Shown here piece by piece: positions 22,521 through 37,657 of a DNA stretch of 64,000 nt. Source of the stretch: Octopus sinensis (taxonomy: Eukaryota); the NCBI RefSeq assembly GCF_006345805.1, contig NC_043010.1, positions 58,404,001 to 58,468,000 of the forward strand. The letters are read 5' to 3'. The position numbers and the translations under genes were made by a program. The notes below the pieces were generated by a model. The model saw only the letters and a list, made by a program, of their open reading frames with translations. It was not told where the DNA came from and did not search any database. The number at the start of each line of letters is the position of its first letter. Position 1 is the first letter of the stretch.

Positions 22521-25444
22521 AGATTATCATTATTATTATTTCCTTTGCACAGCTTCTAATGCTGGAGAGTGATGAATAAAATGTTTTGCACTGACTTTTA
22601 TTTTCTGTGTTCAAACCTTGCCATGGTCAATTATGCTTTTCCTCTTCCTGGGGTTGATAAAGTAAATAGTCAAGTGGTAGGTTTTTACTTAATCAACGGA
22701 ACCCCTACTCACAAAATTCCTTGTGTTGTGCTTCTGTTAGAAACAATTATTATTATTCACCTAGTTAAATAATTAACCAGTTATCTAATTTGATTGCTTG
22801 ACCAAAAAGTTCATTCATTGCCATTAAAGTGCTCATTAATAATCTGCTCCAGAACTGAGTTTTGATTGTAAAAATGACCCTCACAAGATCTACAAACACA
22901 CACACACACACACAATCTGGGAGCTATAACCTCTGCTGGCAAGAAAGGGCCTCTTATCAGAATGAAGGGCAGATTGTGTGAACTTGGAGTGTGATGTTAC
23001 ATGGTAGTGAGTTGTGCTTCTTGTCTGCAGAGGAGTTGTGGCTTGAAAGAAATGAAGTGGCCAAAGTCTGTTGTAATGTTAGTTTGCATGAATGTCAGAG
23101 TCAGGCCCTACATGTGTAATTCAAAATATAAAAAATGATAAGCAATAAAAGAAATGTTTCTAAATGGAACAAAACTAGCAGTGAGGTGAAAAATAATGTT
23201 TATTTTTGTATATTTCCACTTTAATTAGATTTGAAAAGTTTTCTACTTCTTTTATTAATTGCAAAGTCTTTGATCAGATCCTCACTATGACATCATGAAT
23301 ATTTTGAAATTATATTTCTGATCATCAAAACCACTTTGAATGCTATTTTAGCAAGTTTGAAATGATTTCTTTTGTGTTGTAAACCATTTACCATTTCTGT
23401 GGTGTCCACCGTCTTCTCTTCATGTCCTACGCACATGCTCATTTTGTTTAATGGTTAATCTAGCCCTGGGGCCAGAATACAAAGGAGTGAGAGAAAACTG
23501 GATAAAAATTTAATCACTTGAAGTGTATCAGAGAGATAAGGGAGCTGGTCTGGGTAGATGAGGCATACGGAAGATGATTGCGGTTATAAGAAGCGGAAAA
23601 GTGAAATGGCTGGGACTTATGGAAGGGGAAAAGGAGAAAAACAAAAAATGAAATTGGTGAAGACTGATCTGAAGATATTGAACTGCACAAAAGAGCTAAC
23701 AAGGGGTTGGGACAACCAGTGATGTAGAGGGTTAGGGAATATTCTTATGTAAGCATAGAGTAAAGAGAGTTTAAACTGATGGTAGTGATGGTAGCTAGGA
23801 TGCCCTCATTTCACTCTGCGTCTGACCTCACCTACAGCACCCCGCTGTCTCTCTTTTCTTCATTGACCCTGTAGTGGAATATATAGTTAGTACAAGGTGT
23901 TGATGTGGTTGTATCTATGTTATTACAGTAGCTCATAAAGAGATGAAGAATAAATCCAAGACTTCTGTATTTACTACATAAAAATGTATTTTATTTACTG
24001 CTCGATGACGATACATAGAATCAATAAGTAGCATCTGGTTGAATGAAGTAATCTATGCAAGAAAGTTCAGAGATAGAAAATGTAGAAATAACAGCTAAGT
24101 GGTGGTTTTTAGTTATGGGGTGTAGAGAAATAGACGGACATAGCAATGATGTGAACGGCTCTAAGTCTAATCGACTAAGAAGTGAAGAGCAGGGTTAGCA
24201 AGCTGTTTTTATTAATGGAATGCTAGACCGTCTAGAACTTGCAACAGAAACACTAAGCTTCTTGAATAATTAAGAATCATATCTCATGACACAGATGCTT
24301 CAAGAAACTTAGAAAAGGGTGGTTACTCTGTAATCTTTCTTGCAAGGGAGATCATTCAACTATTTAGCTACGTAGATCACTACAACCCTTTTTCCAGTAT
24401 ATGCTCAGAATACTCTGTCTGAGAGTGGTAGTGAAATCAACTTAAGAGCGATTGTCATATCTTCAACCGGACTAAATGCTCCTCTTGACCTTGCATTTTG
24501 TCTTCTCAACCACTGACCACTTTATATAATGACAGGTCGTGCATTGAATATTAGATCACCATCTACTTTCTACATTGTAACAATTCTGTGTTTGATTAAG
24601 GTAGCATAGCCAAAGGGTGAACAGAAGATTAGAGTAATTGAGGGGTGTGAAATGGAAGAGAGATAATGACGGCAGGAGTAATGGATGAGAGACAGTAATG
24701 GTAGTTTGCTTGTGTAAGAGTAAAATCAAATGATGGATGATGATAGAGATGGGTAATTGTGAGAGAGAATGGTGGATATCAATAAGGAATTTGCCTGTGT
24801 ATATATTATGGATATGTATGTGTGTGTCTGTGTATCAATGTGCTCATGTATGTATCTCTCTCTCTATGTGTGTGTGTGTGATATGTATGTAGGAAAAATA
24901 GAAGTTGAAAATGTACTGAGAATAATTAAAATATTTATTATTATTATTATTATATTTAATGCTTTAACCGGTTTCACAATTTACACTGATTGTCAAACAG
25001 TTCAAATAGAAAGACATGGCTTATGTTGCAGTCGTCTTGCTTCTGACTTGTGTTTGAAGCTTGCCATATTTCTATAGGGAGTTCATGGCTCAAATTAGTA
25101 AATGTTTTGAATAGGATTTGATTGGTCACATGACTGGTCTTAGAAAGTTTTGCAGGTTCCCGCTACATCCATGTGTTAGTATCAAGTGACAATGTTTTGT
25201 GTGGTAAGTTAAGGCTGACTCGGTTGACTGAAAATATCCTAACAATCAATGCTCTGAATGTTTTCTGTCAACTGTTTGTAGAGAATGAACACATGATTCA
25301 GTTTATAACCTTTTGTAAATGTCCTGCTGCGTCCATGTGTTAATGTCACATGACAGTATATGTTGCACCTAAAAAGAGGGCCGACATGGTTGAGTGAACA
25401 CATTAAGTTACAATCATGTATGTATGTATGTATGCATATATATA

Positions 25445-25800
25445 TATATATCTTTTCTTTCACTTGTTTCAATCATTAGACTGTGGCCATACTGGGGCAC
25501 CATTCTTAAAGAATTTTAGTCGATAAATCAACCCCAGTAATTGTTTTTTTTTTAGTTTTTTTAAGCCTGGTACTTACTCTGTTGGTGTCTTTTGCTATGG
25601 GGATGTAAACACACCAACACTGGTTGTCAAATAGTAGTGGTGGTGGTGGAGAAACACAGACACAAAGTCACTCATATGCATGCACGCGCGTGCACACACA
25701 CACACACACCTGTATACGATGGGCTTGAATCCTCTCACAGTGCTTTGGTCAGCCCAAGACATTAGTTGAAGACACCTGTTTCAGGTGTCACATCACTATG
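25445..25800 (-). mobile_element. SINE family 1, diverged
   Basis: acttgtttcaatcattagactgtggcc… body. Confidence 0.7.
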
Positions 25801-26062
25801 TATTGGTTAACTCAAGGTTAAGGCTGAAGAAACTTGCTCAAGGTAATTGCATAGAAGGATTGAACTTTAATCCCAATGTTTGCAAAGTAAGCTTCTTACC
25901 CAGCCACCCACCAATCTGGTCCATCATTACCAAAGTACTTCAATGTCATAGTAACTCTGACATTACAGTAATATCATAGTTTGCTATGACACCTAATAGT
26001 ACCCAAGTTCTATAATCACGTGCTAAATGATAGTAAATGTGCAACACAATCCTTTAAAACAT

Positions 26063-26389
26063 TATTTACATTTGACAGATATTTGTCCTCATCTTGTTTG
26101 TTTTTAACACATTTCGGCTGATATACCCTTCTGCCTTCATCAGGTATCTTGGGGGAAATTTCGAACCTGGGTTCTCATTCCTAAGGTTTTTTCGATATTA
26201 TCATCATCATCATCATCATCATTATTATTATTATTCAGGTCACTGCCTGGAATCGAAAAATACCTTAGGAATCAGAACCCAGGTTCAAAATTTCCCCAAG
26301 ACACCTGACGAAGGCTGGAAGAAATATCAACCAAAACGTTGTGTTAGCAACAAACAAGATGAGAACAAATATCCAGCAAATGTAAATGA
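26063..26389. mobile_element. Fold-back pair of Penelope-like terminal repeats (same family as 2250-2410)
   Basis: ~135-bp inverted arms at 26063-26196 and 26252-26389. Each has a decayed hammerhead (26107-26147 minus; 26301-26344 plus). Confidence 0.75.
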
Positions 26390-28029
26390 TGTAAATTCTT
26401 CATCCCTTAAATATAGAATTGCACAATCCTTTAATGTTGATAGTTGATAGTGACCTATATCTTATGTCTTATATCTCTGAGCATCAGAATAATAAACATT
26501 TGATATCAAACAGTTGATTTAACAGAAGCTCCAAAGACTATTCACCAGTTTTCCAACAATTTTTGGCTACCTTTTTGTATTTAGTATCTCAAAGACATAT
26601 TAAGGCAGAATCGTTACTGCACCAGGCAAAGTAATTAGCAGTATTTCACCTGTCTTTACGTTCTGGTTTCAAATTCTGCCAAAGTTGGCTTTGCCTTTCA
26701 TCATTTCAGGATCCATAAAAGAAGTCCCAGTTGAGCCCTGGGGTTGATGTAATCCAGTGCTACTCAAAGTGGTAGTCTGTGGACCGGTGCCAGTCCACGA
26801 GCCATCAGCTGCTGGGACATGGCAAGTTTCCAGAAAAGAAAGAAACATTATAAAATACTTAAGTAATATTGTATTATTTGTTTACAAAATAAATGTAAGA
26901 TAAAAAAAATTGTCAACTTTTATTATATTCATTATATATATTGTTTCCGGTATAAATTAATATTACTAAGAAATATTACCAATCTTTGGCACATTGGGAA
27001 AAAAGCTGCCAGTACACCACATCAGATAGTTTGAGAAGCACTGATGTAATCGACTTATCCCCTCCCCCTGAATTGCTGGCCTTGTGCCAACATTTGCAAC
27101 CAATATCTCTAAGACATGTGACAGGCTTACAAAATCCCAAAACAGACAACACCCATGCGTCTGAGGATCATTTTTGCAGGCTCAGAATTGACTAAGCACA
27201 GAATTGCTCATATCAGGTGTTAACTGCCAGTACATTACATCCTTCAGAATATCCAGGCTTCTCAAAATTTGCTATCTCCCTATGTACCTTTACATGCTTC
27301 CCTCTTTAAGGCCCTTTTAATGTTCACCTTTTGTGTTTTATTCTTTGTTTTATGCAGGAACTTTTAGCTTTTATTGCCGTCCTTCTCCACTTGATGAGTT
27401 GTGGCGCACCTGAGCATGGTCTATAATAAACTCGCTATTATCATAGAATTTTGTCAGTTCAAATTCCACTGAGGTCAACTTTGCCTTTCATCCTTTCAGG
27501 GATGATAAAATAAGTACCAGCTGAACACTGGGGTCAGTCTAATCGACTCACTCCTGAAATTGCTGGCCTTATGTCAAGAATTCAAAACATTATTAGAATA
27601 CCTTATGAGGTCTTGTATGGTCAACACAGGAAATATTATAGATCAGTATATTAGAGGCATTATAGCCAACATTAGAAGTATTACAAGGTTTCTACCTACC
27701 ACATACTATTGACTATAGAACATAAATAGTATTGGAGTCTCTCTCTCTCTCCCTCTCTCTATGCCCAGCTACTATGAAAGTGCAATAACTAATAATTCTG
27801 GTTTGTTGTTATTGTTGTTGTGAAACATCAGGTCGAGCCAAATTGACCCTAACCCTAATTCCAACCATGACTATTCCAACATTTTAAAAAGTATATCTTG
27901 AACTACCTTATCAACTTTGTATAGTGAGTTTGAGGGAGATTTAGCTACTATGTCTAGCAGTTTGAATGATGGTGGAGAATTGCAGATGGTAGCACTGTGG
28001 TTGATGAAGAATTAACATATTTAATAGAT

Positions 28030-28375
28030 GATACATTATATGTACATATTCATACTTGTATGTATGTATATAAATATGTGTGTTTGCACATGTATGGGTG
28101 TGTGTATGTGTGTGCGTGTGTGTACATATATATATACATTTACATTTATATGTACATATATACATGCATATATAATCATTAATATATATATATATTATAT
28201 ACATATATATATATGTGTATATATATATATATATATGCATACATGTATGTATGTACACATATACATAGCTATCTATATATGTATACATACATATATCCAT
28301 ATATATATGTATATATATCTATGTATGTGTATATATATATATGTGTGTGTATATATATGTATATGTGTATACATT

Positions 28376-28427
<52 letters not shown>

Positions 28428-29170
28428 ATGTGTGTACATTTATATATGTGTGTGTATATATATATATGTATGTGTGTATATATATGCATACATATATATA
28501 TGCATACATATATATGTATGTATATACATATAAACATGGGAAAGGCAAGAGAGAGAGGAGGAGGAGGAGAGGGAGGGAGGGACGTAAGTAGGTGAGTAAT
28601 TACAATGTTGAGACACAGCAAGTCTTAAGATGAGACAGAAATGATGAAGTAGCATAAAAGAAGGAGAATTAGGGGGGGGGGTAGGGGGGGAGAGGAAGAC
28701 TGTTCTGTGGCCTCCACCTCTTTGCAAGGCTTAGTAAAACATAACTCTCACTTTACAGCAGATAGCTTACAGTGTATAAAGTTATATATACACCCACATA
28801 CACGCCTACCACATATATACGCATGCAGTGACATTCACGTACACAAAACATACACACACACACACACACGTGTGTGTGTCTATGTTTCTGTGTGTATATA
28901 TTTTATATATATATGTATATATATATATATGTGTATGTATATATGTATATATATATATGTATGTATGTATATAAAATGTATATAGGACACTACATACGCA
29001 CACACATGTATATATGTGTGTGCATATATATGTTTTAGATATACATACATATACATTTTACATATATATATGCGTATATACATATATACACATATATATA
29101 CATGCACACACATACACACACAAAATGTATATACAATACATACACAGATACTTTCACACATCAACATACA
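28030..29170. repeat. Compound (TA)n/(TG)n microsatellites
   Basis: Direct inspection. Confidence 0.9.
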
Positions 29171-29479
29171 TGTAGCTAAAGTGTACCCCCCCTCTCCCCT
29201 CTGCTGACCTCATGACCACCATCATCATCATCATCATCACCACCACCACCACCACATACTGTGACCACAACTACAAACACAATCTGACCACCCCCACCTT
29301 ATGTAAGACCACCACCTCCACAACCACCACACAACACACCACTCTGTTTAAGACCACTACCACCATCACCACCACCAGTACAACCACCACTACCACTTCC
29401 AACCACAAGTACAACCACCACCTCCACCTTCACCCTCATATATCACAACCACCACTACCACACACCACCATGTGTATTA

Positions 29480-30005
29480 CTCACCACCACCACCACTACA
29501 CCACCATCATACCATACACCACCTTATCCATTATACCAGCACCGATACAATCATGACCATCACCACCACCATCACCACTAACAACACTGCCACCACTACA
29601 GCACCACCACCACACCACTACACCACCATCATACCATACACCACCTTATCCATTATACCAGCACCGATACAATCATGACCATCACCACCACCATCACCAC
29701 TAACAACACTGCCACCACTACAGCACCACCACCACACCACTTTGTCCGTTATACCAGTACCGATACAATCATGGCCATCACCACCACCATCACCACTACC
29801 AACACTACCACCATTGCCACCACCACCACACCACCTTGTCCGTTATACCAGTACCGGCACAATCATAGCCACCACCACCACTATCACACACTACCACCAT
29901 CACCACTACCACCATCGCCACCACTACAGCACCTTGTCCGTTATACCAGTACCGGTACAATCATGGCCACCACCACCACTACCAACACTACCACCATCAT
30001 CATCA
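29480..30005 (+). repeat. (CAC)n-rich minisatellite, 5 units
   Basis: Anchor TTATACCAG(C/T)ACCG at 29531, 29653, 29749, 29843 and 29941. Confidence 0.85.
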
Positions 30006-30292
30006 TCATGAGTTGAAGGTGTGAGAGCCAAACCTAAGAGAGGTGCCACAACGAAGAAATACAAGCAACAGACGTGCAGACAGACAGGCACACAGACATC
30101 TCCTGGTGAAGTCTAACTTCACAACACAGTGACATCATAGAGGATAGCAGCAAATCAGAGAGTCTGTTTACTATCTCTTCACTATTATTAGGTTAGTGTT
30201 CATCTGTCTGAAAACAATGACCTCTGGGTCACTAGACCAAATTTCACTGGACTCTACATCTAGCTACTTATAGGTGTGTATATATAAATAAA

Positions 30293-30327
<35 letters not shown>

Positions 30328-30328
30328 T

Positions 30329-30438
<110 letters not shown>

Positions 30439-31344
30439 ACACACACACACACAGATAGACAGACAGACAGATAGATAAATAGTGATATATGTAAGGTTGC
30501 ATGCATGTAGGATGAATAGGTCTATTTTACTGAACAATATTAATATTTATATTGTATTTGTGTATAATAAGTAGTATAAATAATAATAATAATAATAAAT
30601 ATTCCATTGTTCATGGTTTATTATTCAATTCCTAGATAGATAGATAGATATAAATATACGCATACACACACACAGAAATATGTATATGTATATATACATA
30701 TGTGTGTGCTATATATGTGTATATGTGTGTGTGTGTATATGTGTGTATGTGTGTATGTGTGTATAACTACCACCTTCACAATCACCACCACTACTGGTTG
30801 TGATGGTGATGTTATTGAAGATAGTTCTTAAATATAGGGATAGTTCTCCCCTCTATTGTATAGAATGATCCCTTGCTAGAGACAGGCCACCTCTATAAAC
30901 GAGACCCCTCTGTAGATATGTCCCCTTAATAGAAACATCCCCTTCTATTGACTTGTCTCTTTCATTGAATTAACAAACAAAATTCTTCTGTATCCTCAGA
31001 AGAAAATACATAATGAAATGAAGGAAGTTCTATTACTATGGTTCTATAGAATGAAGTAGGTGAGCTCTATAGAATTGTAATAGAATAGGTTGAGGTTTGT
31101 TTGGTCTCATAGAATGGTTGATAACAGAGGTGGTGGTGGTGGTGGTGGTATGGTTGGTGTTGGTGTTAGTTATTCTATTGTATGTCACACTTAAATTTCA
31201 CTCTATAATTTACTGTTTCTTTTTACTATTGCTGTCAATATAATGAAATCATGTGCCAGAAATTCAAACAGTCTTATACAAGCAAATATGAGTGTGTGTA
31301 TGTATATATATATGTGTGTGTGTGTTTATATATATATGTATATA

Positions 31345-31385
<41 letters not shown>

Positions 31386-31716
31386 ATAAATGTTTATGTA
31401 TATATATAAAAATGTATATATGTGCATTTGTATATTTATATATGTGTATATACATGCTTATATATATTTGTATTTATATATGTTTTGTGTATGTGTATAT
31501 GTGTGTGTGTGTATGTGTGTATGTATGTATCACCATGGTAGTTGGTGAAGTGGTCATCTTCTGATTTTACCTCATCTATTTATATGTTTAAAATTTACCT
31601 GACAATGTCAGGTGTTTGCTCTGATGTAATCTAAGAAGGCATCAATAAAAAATACTTCTGAAACAGTTGTGAGAATTGAAACCCAATTGTGTATAAATTC
31701 TTTTGTATACACACAC

Positions 31717-31755
<39 letters not shown>

Positions 31756-32189
31756 TTATGTATATATTTGGACTTTCCATCATTGCAGTCAGTATTAAGT
31801 GTGGCCAAGCTGGAGCACAACCAGCAAGGTTCATACTGACTGCAGCTCTTCTTTCGGCATCAGTATGTATTTCGGTATGTCCATAGAAGATCCTTGAAGA
31901 CATCTGGCAAGACAGATTTTTAAATATGGAAATCTCAAATATAGTAAAACTAGAAAGACTTCACCAGGTTAGGTTACCTGGCATGTCACATGTCAGGTCA
32001 CATGACAGGTTGCATGTGAGATCACATGACAGGTCTCTTGCTGCCACTCAACATGTAATGTTTGCAATGACATAATGAAATACCTGACATGAGACTTTCA
32101 AGGAAGAATTGCCGAAGATGGACAAAGATGGATGGAAATTACTGCCTTACGTATCTCACTACACAGGGAGTTTAAACTCTGATATGTCT

Positions 32190-33660
32190 TTTTTACTTTC
32201 TGGGTCAGAATGATGGGGCAGAGGCCATAACCTTTACAGGCCCTTCATGATTGGTGTAGGAGTTAATTATGTTAATGTTCCGTTTCGACAGATGGAAGAG
32301 AGAAATGAGAAGGAAGGAGAAGATTCCAGAAGGATTATATTCTAGGAAGAAAGGACTGGGAATATTGGTTAATGCAAGGCTGAGTTTTTTGGAAGCACCA
32401 AAAGCAATGAGAAATGAAAAGATGAAAGAATTGGAAATGTCCAAGTAGTGAAGATGCAAAAATCAGCCAACTCCCAGAAACAGATGTTAATGTAGAAACA
32501 GGAAAGACAGAAGCTAGGGCATGTCCATAGGGGATTGAATATCATTTAGTCCAGGGGTTCTTCTCTAGAGGGGATCCAGGACATCTGGATGTATTGTAAC
32601 AGTAGCACCCTTCCACATGGTTGTACTGCTCTCTCTTGTGGACCTTAATAGAACATCAGCAGCTGTGGGGAGCTGAAATGTTTTCTGGCCTTGAATAATA
32701 AAAGGGCCAATTTTTGGAATGCAGTCCTTGTTATCCTAATGATGTGCTTTTACCAGGTGAAAACCTTGGGTGATAGTGAAACCTGGCATTTGGAGAAAGT
32801 CTGAGGACTCTGCCTGAGTGTCACTCATGTTTAGAAGTGGAGCAGTACAGTTGTATTTTCTTGATATGAGTGGTTTTAAAGTTTTTCTGTGAAAAGAAGC
32901 AACACTGGCCTGGCCCCACTTTGGAGGAGGGTTTCAAGGTCCCTATTTATGGAATGAGTGCAAACTTGGTATGAAGTGCCCAGACAGCGTATGGACAAAG
33001 TATGATCAGGGAAAGTTATCTGTGTAGGAGATGATGGTAAGTAAATCATTGGTGTATAGAAGGAGCAGAGTGGGGGACAAAACTGGCCCCTAGGGAACAC
33101 TAGAGTGGGTTATGTCAACTGACTGAGAGATGGGAAGAATCCATAGACAGAGAGTTTTGACAGGGGATTTACATAGAAGACACAGTTGAAATATTTTCTT
33201 ATATTTAGGACACATCTCATTGCTTTCACCAAATGTAATGCTAACCCACTGGTTAATGGCATAAAAGAGTAGGTCACCAAGGGATCTGGCTCTGTAGAAG
33301 CTGTAATGATTTGCACTGAGATGAGGAAGGGATTCAAGATGTTGGAGAAGTTAGAGGTGAGAGACATAAGAAGGATTTGACAGAGAAGTTTCCTTTCTTT
33401 GGAATGGGACACATTGGTGTGTGCTTCCCTGTAGGGAGTAACAAACTAAGGAGTTTAGCAAATATAGTAACAAGCTCTTGGGTATATCATTTGAGGGTAA
33501 TAAAGTTTTCATTGTAATATTGCCTTTCTTTTCAGCTCATTAGGGTATGCTTTCTGTGGCTATTGAGTTGTTTTGACTCTTATTTCTAGCAATACTGGTG
33601 CTTAGCAGTGTCCTTTGTACTTTACTGGCGTATATATTTCTGCCTGTAGGTTGTAAAATT
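32190..33660 (-). mobile_element. Heavily decayed L2/CR1-like LINE
   Basis: Frameshifted GVP(Q)G..LSPTL-like motif (gtgttccctaggggccagttttgtcccc) plus a C-terminal remnant. A related piece lies at ~48860-49000 on the plus strand. Confidence 0.55.
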
Positions 33661-33679
33661 GTGAGTTAGCAACCCACAT

Positions 33680-33718
<39 letters not shown>

Positions 33719-34602
33719 TCATCATCATTGCCTGCTTTACATGTTAGCATGGGCTGGATGGTTTGACTGAGGTTCTGGCAAGCCACATACATACATATAT
33801 ATTTATTACATAATATAATATAATGTATGTAAGTGTACACACACACACAAAGGGTCTTTCACTTAAAACCTGAGCAAACTGAAGCTTTGAGTCAATTTGG
33901 TGGATGGAAACTGAAAGAAGCTTGTTGTGTGTGTGTGTTAACATCATGCCATAGTTGTCAACAATTATCATTGTCTAACATACTATGGGATTCTTTTCCA
34001 ATCTTTCATGAAAACATGTCAGGCCACAGGGAAATATTACTTTTGTTGGGAACAGGAAAGGCTTCCAGCCATAGAAAATCTGCCTCAACAAATTAGGTCT
34101 GACCCATACAGGCATTGAAAAATGGACAAAAGTGGACATTGAAGCAATGTTAATACTGAGGAGGATGACAATGGATTCCTCTTTTTCAAGATGGCTACTC
34201 AAGGAATCCTTGTATGGAGTGGCTGAGTACCCCAGTGCTGGCTCACCATTGGTTATGATGATGAGGATTCCAGTTGATCTGATCAACAGAACAGCCTGCT
34301 TTTGAAATTAACATGCAAGTGGCTGAGTACTCCACAGACACACTTACTCTTAATGTAGTTCTCAGGGATATTCAATATGACAAAGAGGAGGACAAGGCTG
34401 GCCCCTTTGGAATTACAGGTACCACTAATTTTTTGCCAGTTGAGTGGACCAGAGTCAGATGAAATAGAGTGTGTAGCCCAAACACACAAAGCACCACCAG
34501 GAATTGAACCAGGGAATTCATTGCTGGCAAAACAAAACTTCTTAAATGCCCACTCTTACCAGCTTCCATGTTATCTGTCTGTCTGTCTCTCTCTCTCTAT
34601 AT

Positions 34603-34653
<51 letters not shown>

Positions 34654-34799
34654 TCCCTCTCTCTATACACACACACACACACATATATATACATACATAC
34701 ATGTATATATATTTACATATGTTAGTGCCTGTGTGTATGCATATGTATGCATATATGTGTATATGGACATATGTATGTATATTATATATATATATAGAG

Positions 34800-35656
34800 A
34801 GAGAGGGTGCAGTGAATAAACTCTCGTGTATATTACACAAAAACGAAAATAACGCTGACATTTCATTTTAACAGATATATTTACCAAAATTACATAAAAA
34901 TACCTTGAAATACTAAAGAGTAAATTTATTCAGTAAAATTGCCATTGGCTTCAACCATGGCCTCCAGACAACTTTGGAATTCCCTGCAACTCTTCTGGAT
35001 GGTCTCTTCGTTTAAGTTGGTGAGTGCTGCCATAATACTTGCCTTCAGTCCATCTTTGGTGTTACAAGGAATTTTATTTGTCTCTTACTCAACTACGCCC
35101 TACACATAATAATCAAGGGGTTGCAGTCTGGGGAGTAAGGTGGCCAGATGTTAAGGGTGATGTGGTCGCAGAAGTTGTCTGACAGCCATGACAGGGTTCT
35201 CCTGTTTGTCTGGCATGGTGCAGAGTCCTGTTGCCAGACATAGGGTCTTCCAGCAGCCACTCTCTTGGCCCAGGGCAGCACTACCTCCACCAGGCACTTG
35301 ATGTAGGCCTCGGTGTTGAGTCTGAGGCTGCGTGGAAAGATGAATGGAAGCATGACCTCACCATCACTAGTGATCACTCCAAACACCATGATGTTGACTG
35401 GATGTTTGATTTTTATCACTCTCGGTACATGTCCACAGATTGACACCCAAACACTCTGATATGTTCGTATTGGAGCTTCCAGCAAGTACAGCATGTCGTT
35501 TTTAAATTTGTGGCAGAATGAATCGTGTTATGGTACTGTTTTTCTCACAGACAGTGCCCAACTAACCCTACTATACTGTGTAGTTGACAAAATCAAAAAC
35601 AATGTGCATGTACGAAATATAAAACAAAATGGCAACAATTTATCCATCACACCCTG
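34800..35656 (-). mobile_element. maT-type (DD37D) non-autonomous derivative
   Basis: ORF 35093-35494 has WQQDSAPC…WPPYSPDCNPL, with 37 residues between the second and third acidic positions. Imperfect (C/G)AGGGTG termini. Confidence 0.85.
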
Positions 35657-37309
35657 TATATGTATGTATGGATAGATGGATGTAAGAAATAGTCATAAAT
35701 ATTGTCTCATTAAAAGTCCCTCCTTCAGGAAACGTCTAGCTACCAACATATTTTCCAAACGAATATATTTATATTAACCACCACCACTACCTCCCCATTG
35801 ACATAGCCACCACTATCATCATCATCATCATCACCCACCTACACCATTTTACACCCTTGTCCAATCTTATTTGTGTCCAGTTGTATGGATTCTGGAGTCA
35901 TATTATATATTGTAGATGTTAGTCTGTGAGACCCCAGGTCAACAATAAGAGCTCCTTTATGAAATAAGGGCCAGTGCCCCTAGTTTATTCATAAATGACC
36001 AGTAGATGACCAAGTAGTAAATGTACCCTTGTCAATATCATCAGTGTTTTCCAATTTGGCACTGATATAGTCACAGACATTGAGAGATTAATGCAAAGAG
36101 TTGCAACAAGAACGAGAAGCTTCTCAGCCAACGCACAGCAATTTTGCCATCCGACCAACCCAAAATAGGAACCTTGATCATCATCATTGTCATCATCATC
36201 GTCATTTAACATACATGTTCCATGCTGGTCTAGTTTGAGTCTGGGTGGTTTGACAGGATGTGGTTGGTCCAAGGTCTGCTTTGTCACAGTCTCCACATTT
36301 GGATGCCCTTCCTAATTCCAACTTCCTTACAGTGTGTGTTGTGTGCTTTTCTCCTGGCACCAGCACCAATGGGGTTGTCATGCAGCTGGCAAGTCTATGA
36401 GCACAGAACGGAGGCAGTTTCATGTTAGGAAATGAGGGGTTACAGCATAAGATAAGGGACCATAGTAGAGCAGGTTATTTACTGTAGTGGGGCTCGTACA
36501 TGGTTGCTTATATTTTGGAAGAGAGAAGTTTTTATCTTGGGTGGGAAGGGCTCAAGATGGAGAGTGAAGTGATAAAAACAGTGGTGATAGGGTGTTTGTG
36601 TAGAATTGAACCAGGACAGAGAAAGTGGGAGTGTAGATGGGTGGAAGGTGTTAGTGTGGGGAGGAGTGAATAAGGGGAATGGGTGAAGGAGACAACTGGA
36701 ATGACTGGATACCATTGAATAGTGGATGCAGTGAGTAGAGAGCAGGGGGGGGGGGTGACTAATGATGCATGAGTTGTGGTGGGTAGAAAGAAGTAGGGTG
36801 TGTGTGTGTATTGCTGGCCATGTGTAGCACTTGGGGTATCTTCTACAATACCACTAAGCCTACAAAAGCTTTGTGAGTGGCTTTGGCAGATGGAAACTGA
36901 AAGAAGCCCATCATGTATGAGTGCATGTATATATTTATATGTGTGTGTGTAAGTGTTTGTGCAGATGTATATACAGACATACATGCACACAGCCTTACAT
37001 GCCTATATTAACACACATACACAGATATAAACACACGCACAAGCATTTGGCTTGTCCCATTTTTACCTCATCCAAACACCCAGTCACCCCTTACAAAGAT
37101 GGGTTTGATAAATAATCAACATAAATTAAATTAGATCTGTGACAATGTGAGCGCGGAAACACAACACATGAAGAATCCTTAATAAACTATATTTAATGAA
37201 TATATGCCTATGTCTGTGGAAAGAAACTCGGGGAGAGCGTAACCGCAGGTGGTCCTCAGGGGAGAAACCCCTTTAGGGCATATTATATTTGGGCATATGT
37301 ATTTTAAAT

Positions 37310-37447
37310 ATATAAAAATGTATGTGTGTGTGTGTGTGTGTAAATAAATAAATATATATATATATATATATATATAATATGTATATATGTATATATATAT
37401 ATGTATATATATATATTTATATATGTATATATGTATATATATATATC

Positions 37448-37478
<31 letters not shown>

Positions 37479-37625
37479 TCACATATATATGTGTGTGTAT
37501 ATATATATATATACACACACACATATATATGTATATATATATATACACACATATATATATGTATATATATATATACACACACACACATATATACACAAAT
37601 GGGCATATATATATATACATACATG

Positions 37626-37657
<32 letters not shown>

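Noticed and set aside
23900-24600. Complement-only (mirror) reading gave weak RT-like words (SQSFDK, ESFPTN)
   Set aside because: The matches are loose, and by rough count GpC exceeds CpG about 2:1 on the given strand, which argues against a mirrored sequence. The region remains unidentified.
25115-25140. CCAAT plus GTCACATGAC motif as a promoter; E-box repeats also at 31981-32035
   Set aside because: These are short motifs with no supporting exon or donor, and are expected by chance in 64 kb.
37200-37270. Minus-strand CUGAGGA followed by a short hairpin; a similar CUGAGGA occurs at ~700
   Set aside because: GAAAC, stem II or stem I are missing, so these are too degenerate to call.
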